23,925 bases of DNA from Candidatus Eiseniibacteriota bacterium (GTDB lineage Bacteria > Eisenbacteria > RBG-16-71-46 > DASYSL01), in assembly GCA_046598045.1 (NCBI GenBank), contig JBKJJJ010000191.1:1-23925 (forward strand), given 5' to 3'. Shown piece by piece: positions 18,062 through 23,925 of this stretch. The stretch's first letter is position 1, and each line of letters opens with the position of its first letter. The translations under genes and the position numbers were made by a program. The notes below the pieces were generated by a model. The model did not search any database, was not told where the DNA came from, and worked only from the letters and a program-made list of their open reading frames with translations.

Positions 18062-19395
18062 CGTCCCCCCGTCGCGGTATGGAGAATGAGGCCCTGCGCG
18101 CCCACCGCCCAGCCGCGCCGGTCGTCGAGGAAGAACACGTCCTCGAGCCCGTTGCCGCTCAGCGGCGCGGCGCCGGGGAGTGCCTGCGAAGTCCACGAGT
18201 TGCCGCCGTCGCTGGTGTAGAACACGATCGCCTGCGCCGGTCCGGCCGACTGCTTGCCGACCGCCCACGCGCTCCCCGGAGCCGCGCTCTCGGGCGACCA
18301 CGACACCGCGGTGAAATTCGTCAACGGCGCAGGCGGGGGCGCGAGCTGCCAGAGCGCGCTGTCACTGCTGGCGAAGGTGTGGAGCACGCGGTCGTTCACG
18401 CCCACGGCGATCGCGTCGACCCTGGTCAGTCGCGCGACGCCGAGCAGGTTGTCCGCGGTGACGAACGGGGTGACCAGCCGCCAGGTCGTGCCGAAGTCGT
18501 TCGAGGTCAGGATCGTCCCGCCCGCGCCCACCGCCCAGCCGCGGCCGTACGGGTCAGCCGGCGGATTGCCGCCGAGCGTGTAACGCGGGAACGCGACGCG
18601 CTCGAGATCGAGGATGGTGGAATTCGGCAGCACGCGCACCCAGCTCGCGCCGGCATTGGTGCTGCGCAGGATCACGCCCCCGTTGCCCACGATCCAACCC
18701 CTGACCGCGTCCTGGAAGTAGACGTCGTTGAGGTCGCTGGTGACGCCCACGAACAAGCTCGTCCAGGTCGTGCCGGCGTTGATCGTGCGCAGCACGCGCC
18801 CGCCCGACCCGACCGCGACGCCGATCGTCGGCGAGATGAATCCGACCGCGTTCAGCGCGGAGCCGGTCGCATTCGAGACCTGCGCGGTCCAGTTCTTCCC
18901 GGCGTTCGCGGTGTGGAGGATGGTGCCGAGGTCGCCCACGATCCAGCCCTCGCGGTTGGTCGCGAAGTGCACGCCGCGCAGCGTCTGGACGGTCGGCGCG
19001 GCCGAGCTCTGGTCGACCCAGCCGTAGCCCTGGAGCACGGCGAGCGGCAAGGCGTTCGAGTCGATGCCGCCGCCCGAGGCGCGGATCGTGACGTCGCCCT
19101 CGCTCACGCCCTGGGCGTTGCCGGCGTTGTTGATGGTGGCGACGCCGACCGACGACGATTGGAACGTGAGGGTCGGCGAGGCGACCGGGTTGCCGCCGGT
19201 GTCGATCACGGTGGCGGTGAACACGACACTGCCGCCGATCAGCACGGTGTCGGGACCGCTGATGACGATCGACGAGTAGATCGGCGGCGGGCCGGTGGGC
19301 TTGCTGTCGGAGCAACCGAACACGAACGCCACGCCGAGGACGGCGACGGCGGTCAAGAGGCTGCGGATCGCGCGCATCTGGGGGAAGGTGGGCAT
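18058..19395 (-). CDS. Lipoprotein with bacterial Ig-like (Big_2) domain and YCF48/BNR-repeat beta-propeller
   Basis: ATG 19395 with GAGGAG RBS. Lipobox VFGC. Big_2-like FQSSSVGVATINNAG. Repeated GW(I/A)VG..G.IL.T..AG..W blades. Confidence 0.85.
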   Translation of the reverse strand: MPTFPQMRAIRSLLTAVAVLGVAFVFGCSDSKPTGPPPIYSSIVISGPDTVLIGGSVVFTATVIDTGGNPVASPTLTFQSSSVGVATINNAGNAQGVSEGDVTIRASGGGIDSNALPLAVLQGYGWVDQSSAAPTVQTLRGVHFATNREGWIVGDLGTILHTANAGKNWTAQVSNATGSALNAVGFISPTIGVAVGSGGRVLRTINAGTTWTSLFVGVTSDLNDVYFQDAVRGWIVGNGGVILRSTNAGASWVRVLPNSTILDLERVAFPRYTLGGNPPADPYGRGWAVGAGGTILTSNDFGTTWRLVTPFVTADNLLGVARLTRVDAIAVGVNDRVLHTFASSDSALWQLAPPPAPLTNFTAVSWSPESAAPGSAWAVGKQSAGPAQAIVFYTSDGGNSWTSQALPGAAPLSGNGLEDVFFLDDRRGWAVGAQGLILHTATGGR

Positions 19396-19447
19396 CGGGC
19401 TCCTCGAACACGGCCGGAAGGGGGGAACCACGGACCTGACACCGGCG

Positions 19448-19476
19448 ATCATACCCTACCGGCATGGCCTTTGGAA
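19448..19476 (-). promoter_or_regulatory. Putative sigma-70 promoter for the YCF48-GNAT-NYN operon
   Basis: Minus strand TTCCAA-17 nt-TATGAT. Confidence 0.5.
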
Positions 19477-19529
19477 TCCGCCCCCCGGTACCCGCGGAAC
19501 ACGCGCCGGCTGTGTTAACCTGCCGGGCG

Positions 19530-20465
19530 ATGACCTCATCTCCCGTGGTGCGCGTCACCTCCCTCTGCAAGTCGTACGGCTCCTTCGCGGCGGTCTCGGA
19601 CCTGTCGTTCGAGGTGACGCCCGGCGAGGTGTTCGCGCTGCTCGGGCCGAACGGCGCGGGCAAGACCACGCTCATCCGCATGCTCATGGACATCACCCGC
19701 CCCGACTCCGGGACCGCCGAGATCTTCGGCCGGCGTGTCGACGGCTCGCAGAAGGCGCGCGTCGGTTACCTGCCCGAGGAGCGTGGCCTCTACAAGCGTG
19801 TGCCGGTGGGCGAGTTGCTCGAGTACTACGCGCAGCTCAAGGGCCGGACGCCGGCCGACGCGCGCCGGCTGGCGCAGGACCTGCTGACGCGGCTCGAGCT
19901 GGCGTCGTGGGCGAAGAAGAAGGTCCTGGACCTGTCGAAGGGCATGCAGCAGAAGCTGCAGTTCATGACCGCGCTGATCGGCGATCCGGAGCTGCTCGTG
20001 CTCGACGAGCCGTTCTCGGGGCTCGACCCGGTGAACGTGCGGCTGTTCGAGGACGTGATCGCCGAGCGGCGCTCCGCCGGGGCGACGATCCTGCTCTCCA
20101 CCCACCAGATGAACAAGGTCGAGGAGCTGTGCGACCGCGCGCTCATGATCCACCGCGGCCGGCGCGTGCTCTACGGGCCGATCCGGCAGTTGATGCGCGA
20201 ACACTCCGACAACTCGGTGCTGGTGCGCACGAACGCGGACCTCGCGCAGGCCCCGGGCGTGGCCCGGGTCGAGCCCGAGAACGGCGCGTCACGCGTGCGC
20301 TTCGGCCCCGGCGGCGGCCCGATCGAATTGCTCGCCTGGCTGGCCGCGCAGCGCGCCGAGGTCGAGGAGTACCGCCACATGGCGACGCCGCTCGAGGACA
20401 TCTTCGTCCAGGTGGTCGAGGCGTCGGGCGGCGCGGCGCGCGTGACCACCGGGGAGGCGCAATGA
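19530..20465 (+). CDS. ABC-2 exporter ATP-binding subunit (NatA/YhaQ-like)
   Basis: Walker A GPNGAGKT, GYLPEERGLY, signature LSKGMQQK, Walker B LVLDEPFSGLDP, STH. Confidence 0.93.
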   Translation: MTSSPVVRVTSLCKSYGSFAAVSDLSFEVTPGEVFALLGPNGAGKTTLIRMLMDITRPDSGTAEIFGRRVDGSQKARVGYLPEERGLYKRVPVGELLEYYAQLKGRTPADARRLAQDLLTRLELASWAKKKVLDLSKGMQQKLQFMTALIGDPELLVLDEPFSGLDPVNVRLFEDVIAERRSAGATILLSTHQMNKVEELCDRALMIHRGRRVLYGPIRQLMREHSDNSVLVRTNADLAQAPGVARVEPENGASRVRFGPGGGPIELLAWLAAQRAEVEEYRHMATPLEDIFVQVVEASGGAARVTTGEAQ

Positions 20466-21688
20466 GCATCGACCGGGGGCGCGTGCGCACGATCGCATTG
20501 CGCGAGTTCCTGACCACGGTGCGGCGCAAGGCGTTCATCCTCACGCTCGTCCTGATGCCGCTCTACATCGTCTTCGCCGGCTCGATGGGCGCGCTGCCCA
20601 CGCTGCTCGCCAAGCGCTCGACCGAGGCGCGCGTGATCGCGATCGTGGACCCCGGCAAAGTCCTCGGCGTGGAGGCGGGGCAGACGCTCGCAATGAATCC
20701 GGAATGGCGGGCGCGCTTCTTCGCCTCGTTCGACGACGCGACCACGGCGTTCAACAAGGCGGAAGTGCGCTCGATCCTGCGCATCGAGCCCGACTACCTG
20801 GCGAGCGGCCGCACCTCGGAGTATCGCCACGCGGGCGGCATCGTGACCGCGCGCCGGACCGGGCCGCCGTATGCCGAGTTCATGCGCCGGAAGCTGCTCA
20901 CCACCCGCGTCGACGCCGCGGTGATCGAGCGCGTGCTCGCCCCCATGAGCGACAGCGTGTTCGTGGCCACGCCCACGGGCGGGTTCGAGCGCGAGGACCT
21001 GATGCAGCGCCTGCTGCTGCTGTTCGTGCCGCTCGGGTTCGGGTTCATCCTCGCGCTCGGCATCTTCACCGCGGGTGGCTACCTGCTGCAGGGCCTCGGC
21101 GAGGAGAAGGAGTCGCGCATCCTCGAGTCGCTCCTCGCCATGGTCACGCCCGACGAGCTGCTCGCGGGCAAGCTGCTCGGGCTCGGCTCGGCCGCGCTCG
21201 TGCTCGTGCTGGTGTGGGGATCGCTGGGCTCGGTCTCGCTCGCGTTCCAGGCGGCGAAGCTCTCGCTCGGACCCGGCATGTACCTGATCGCCGCGTTCTA
21301 CTTCCTGGTGGGCTACTTCTTCTTCGCGAGCTTCATGCTCGGGGTGGGCTCGCTGGTCACGAACTACCAGGAGGCGAACCAGTGGGCCGCGCTGATCAGC
21401 TTCAGTGCGATGCTGCCGTTCTTCCTCCTGACCACGATCGTGGACCAGCCGCAGGGGCCGGTCGCGGTCGTGCTCTCGATCTTCCCGTGGACCGCGCCGG
21501 TCAGCATGATGATGCGCCTGCCCTCGGGCGGCGTGCCGGGCTGGCAGCTCGCACTTTCGATGACGCTGCTGCTCGCCTCCACGGTGCTCATGCTGCGGCT
21601 GTCGGCGAAGGTGTTCCGCATCGGTCTCCTGCTCTACGGCAAGACGCCGAACCTGCCCGAGATCGTGCGCTGGATTCGCGCGTCATAA
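20462..21688 (+). CDS. ABC-2 exporter permease (NatB/YhaP-like)
   Basis: ATGA overlap with the ATPase. REFLTTVRRKAFI, EEKESRILESLL...LLAGKLLG, KVFRIGLLLYGK. Confidence 0.92.
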   Translation: MSIDRGRVRTIALREFLTTVRRKAFILTLVLMPLYIVFAGSMGALPTLLAKRSTEARVIAIVDPGKVLGVEAGQTLAMNPEWRARFFASFDDATTAFNKAEVRSILRIEPDYLASGRTSEYRHAGGIVTARRTGPPYAEFMRRKLLTTRVDAAVIERVLAPMSDSVFVATPTGGFEREDLMQRLLLLFVPLGFGFILALGIFTAGGYLLQGLGEEKESRILESLLAMVTPDELLAGKLLGLGSAALVLVLVWGSLGSVSLAFQAAKLSLGPGMYLIAAFYFLVGYFFFASFMLGVGSLVTNYQEANQWAALISFSAMLPFFLLTTIVDQPQGPVAVVLSIFPWTAPVSMMMRLPSGGVPGWQLALSMTLLLASTVLMLRLSAKVFRIGLLLYGKTPNLPEIVRWIRAS

Positions 21689-23100
21689 GCCGGCCGCCCT
21701 GGGCGGTGTTCGCGGCCGTCGCGCTGGGCACCTTCATGGCGACGCTCGACTCGAGCATCGTGAACGTGGCGCTGCCGACGCTGGCCCGCAGGTTCGGCGC
21801 CGGCGTGACGCAAATCGAGTGGGTCTCGCTCGCCTACGTGCTGACGATCAGCGGGCTGTTGCTGCCGTTCGGCCGCCTCGGCGACGCGCTCGGGCGGCGG
21901 CGCGTGTTCCTGAGCGGACTCGCGCTGTTCACGCTCGGCTCCGGCGCCTGCGCACTCGCGGGCTCGACCGCCACGCTGGTCATGGCGCGCGTGGCGCAGG
22001 GCGTCGGCGCCGGCATGCTGTCGGCGAACAGCGTCGCGCTGATCACCGCGGTCTTCCCGCGCGAGATGCGCGGCCGCGCGCTCGGCATGGTGGGCGCGGT
22101 CGTGGGCCTCGGGCTGACCGTCGGGCCGCCGCTGGGAGGCCTGCTGCTGTCGCGCTTCGGGTGGCCCTCGATCTTCCTCGTCAACCTGCCGGTCGGCGTG
22201 TTCGGGATCCTGCTCGGCCGCGCCGTGCTCCCGCGCGACTCCGCCGCCGCCGGCCCGCGCCCCGCGTTCGATCTCGCGGGCGCTTTGCTGTCGATCGTCG
22301 CACTGGTCGGCGTCACGCTCGCGCTCTCGCGCGGGACCGCCTGGGGCTGGACCTCGCCCGCGACGCTCGCCTGCGGGCTCTCCGCGATGCTCGCGCTCGC
22401 GCTTTACCTGTGGCTCGAGCCGCGGGCGGCCGATCCCCTCGTCGACTTCGCATTCTTCGCCGACCCGGCGTTCCGGGTGCCGATGCTGTCGCTGTTCGCC
22501 TCGTTCATCGCCTTGTTCGCGGCGGTCTTCCTGGTGCCGTTCTACCTCCAGCGCACGGCCGGCCTCGACCCGGCCGCGGTCGGCCGCGTCCTCGTCGTGG
22601 TGCCGCTCCTCCTGCTGCTGGTCTCCCCGGTCTCGGGCGCGCTGTCGGACCGCCTCGGCTCGCGCTCGCTCACGGTCGCGGGACTGTTCGTCACCACCGC
22701 CGGGCTCCTTCTGCTGGCGTGGCTGATCGGCGACGCCGGGGATCGCCCGCTCGGCGTGATGCCGATCATCCTCGGCCTGTTCGTGGTCGGCCTCGGACAG
22801 GGCCTGTTCCAGCCGCCGAATTCGAGCTCGGCGATGAGCTCGGTGCCGTTCGACCGGCTCGGGCTCGCGGGCGGGCTGCTCGCGATTATGCGGAACCTCG
22901 GCATGCTGTTCGGCATCGGGCTCGCGGCCGCCGTGTACGAGGGGCGCGAGGCGGTCTACGCGCGCGGGCACGGCCCGATCGCCGCGGCCGGGCTCGGCAT
23001 GCGCGACGCCTTCCTCGCCGCCGCGATCGTCGCCGCGCTCGCCACCGCGATGGTGGCGTTCGGCTCGCGCGCAGCCCACCCGTCACCCCCGGGTGCCTGA
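21685..23100 (+). CDS. MFS drug:H+ antiporter, DHA2 (EmrB/QacA) family; start uncertain (ATA 21685 or GTG 21706)
   Basis: GTFMATLDSSIVNVALP, GRLGDALGRRRVF, ARVAQGVG, GPPLGG, WPSIFLVNLPVG, about 14 hydrophobic segments. Confidence 0.9.
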   Translation: MSRPPWAVFAAVALGTFMATLDSSIVNVALPTLARRFGAGVTQIEWVSLAYVLTISGLLLPFGRLGDALGRRRVFLSGLALFTLGSGACALAGSTATLVMARVAQGVGAGMLSANSVALITAVFPREMRGRALGMVGAVVGLGLTVGPPLGGLLLSRFGWPSIFLVNLPVGVFGILLGRAVLPRDSAAAGPRPAFDLAGALLSIVALVGVTLALSRGTAWGWTSPATLACGLSAMLALALYLWLEPRAADPLVDFAFFADPAFRVPMLSLFASFIALFAAVFLVPFYLQRTAGLDPAAVGRVLVVVPLLLLLVSPVSGALSDRLGSRSLTVAGLFVTTAGLLLLAWLIGDAGDRPLGVMPIILGLFVVGLGQGLFQPPNSSSAMSSVPFDRLGLAGGLLAIMRNLGMLFGIGLAAAVYEGREAVYARGHGPIAAAGLGMRDAFLAAAIVAALATAMVAFGSRAAHPSPPGA

Positions 23101-23273
23101 CAGCACCACGCTTTCCTGGATGGAGTGTGTCCCTGGTGTGTCCGTCTATGGGGCGCGTCCGGGGCCATTTCGGGCCCCCTGCCGGTAACACCGCGCCCGG
23201 CGCCCGCGGGGGCGTCGTCGCCAAACCCATGCCCACGCGCGCTTTCGCGATTCCGCGCCCGCGCCGGAGCCGT

Positions 23274-23289
23274 TGGCCTGCGGCTTGCA
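23274..23289 (+). promoter_or_regulatory. Sigma-54 (RpoN) -24/-12 promoter with no downstream protein gene
   Basis: (T)TGGCCTGCGGCTTGCA(T) with GG-N10-GC spacing. Predicted +1 near 23300. Confidence 0.7.
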
Positions 23290-23299
23290 TTGGGCGATG

Positions 23300-23491
23300 G
23301 ATGCGTGAGGGCGGATCCCGCAGGGGTTCCGGCGCACACCCTCCCGGCGTTGGTGAATGTCTCCAGGAGCGAGCTCTCGCCTTTCTCTGTCGCTCCCGGC
23401 GCTTCCACCTTCGGGCACGTCGGTTGTGCGCTGAAGATTGGGTATGAGCATGAGGGGGCCCTCCCCGCGGAGGGCGCCCTCTCGTTTTTTT
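23300..23491 (+). ncRNA. Candidate sigma-54-dependent small RNA (~190 nt)
   Basis: Bounded by a sigma-54 promoter and an intrinsic terminator. Three internal hairpins, one with a 17-nt C/U-rich loop. No ORF with an RBS. Confidence 0.55.
23452..23491 (+). terminator. Intrinsic terminator
   Basis: GAGGGGGCCCTCC-CCGC-GGAGGGCGCCCTCTC followed by G and T7. Confidence 0.85.
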
Positions 23492-23925
23492 CAGACGGCG
23501 TACTTCAGCCGGTGAACTGTGTTCTTGGGTAGTGCCCTCGTTGTGAGCCTCTTTTCGTAGTAGAGCCGCCACCTCTCCGGAAGTCGGACTTTTGAGGGAA
23601 ACAGCCTCCGGTCCAGGATCTCGGACACGTCCAAGCGCCGCTCCACCAGCCCCAGGTTCATGGCCGGCGTGGGTCCGCCTCTGCGTTCCGACACCGGCTG
23701 CACCCAGTTGCGCCACACCGCGAAGACGGCAAGCCGATACGCGGCACTTGCCCGGCGCTTCGAGAACGAGATGCTCTCGCGCTTGTGGTTGGACCCGTTG
23801 TGGCGGATCAGGAGGTCGAGCAAGTTGATCGAGAACAGCGGGTTCAGTGCGGTCCGAGCTGCCCTGGAGGAGATCGTCCTATGGGTCACGTTCAGGTGCG
23901 GAACCCTGCACACGGCACGGGGATA
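23491..23925 (-). mobile_element. IS1-like DDE transposase, C-terminal part (continues beyond window)
   Basis: Frame open to the edge (YPRAVCRVPH...). NPLFSINLLDLLIRH, KRESISFSK, WRNW and TPAMNLGL resemble the IS1-family C-terminus (R.T..FSK...YN...TPAM..G). Codon usage is weaker in GC3 than neighbouring genes. Confidence 0.6.

Noticed and set aside
23125..23532. Short ORFs across the MFS-transposase gap
   Set aside because: No RBS, atypical codon usage, and they run across the promoter or terminator. A non-coding reading is better supported, though a micropeptide cannot be excluded.
162..23716. Many long overlapping Arg/Ala/Gly/Pro-rich ORFs in the track (e.g. 1253-3022, 8770-11058, 11316-13616, 11420-13651, 14304-16592, 21819-23447)
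   Set aside because: Shadow frames of real genes in high-GC DNA, with no motifs or RBS.

Overview
High-GC bacterial chromosomal segment, most likely from Candidatus Eisenbacteria or a related FCB-associated lineage. This is inferred from FlgD-Ig/T9SS-like C-terminal domains, a WGxxKxxYR protein tail and a TonB-dependent receptor. It holds about 23 genes, mostly envelope, secreted or proteolytic: partial TonB-dependent receptor, matrixin-like metzincin, PrcB-like protein, TM0106 RecB-like nuclease, cupredoxin lipoprotein, LD-carboxypeptidase, LemA-HtpX, M1 aminopeptidase, several lipoproteins, YkgJ, NYN, GNAT, a YCF48-type propeller, an ABC-2 exporter, a DHA2 MFS and the 3' end of an IS1-like transposase. 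The ORF track misses or mis-splits several things. (1) A SelW/SelT/SelH (Rdx) selenoprotein with an in-frame UGA in a CxxU motif followed by a SECIS-like hairpin (8597-8842, minus). (2) Four exact-spacing sigma-54 (-24/-12) promoters. Three drive secreted or lipoprotein genes; the fourth drives an apparently non-coding, multi-hairpin ~190-nt transcript with its own terminator (23300-23491), a candidate novel sigma-54 sRNA. (3) A ~100-nt rod-like RNA structure in a 3' UTR (15953-16052). (4) A probable ATA start codon in an ATAA stop/start overlap. All family calls come from motif recognition by eye; no searches were run.
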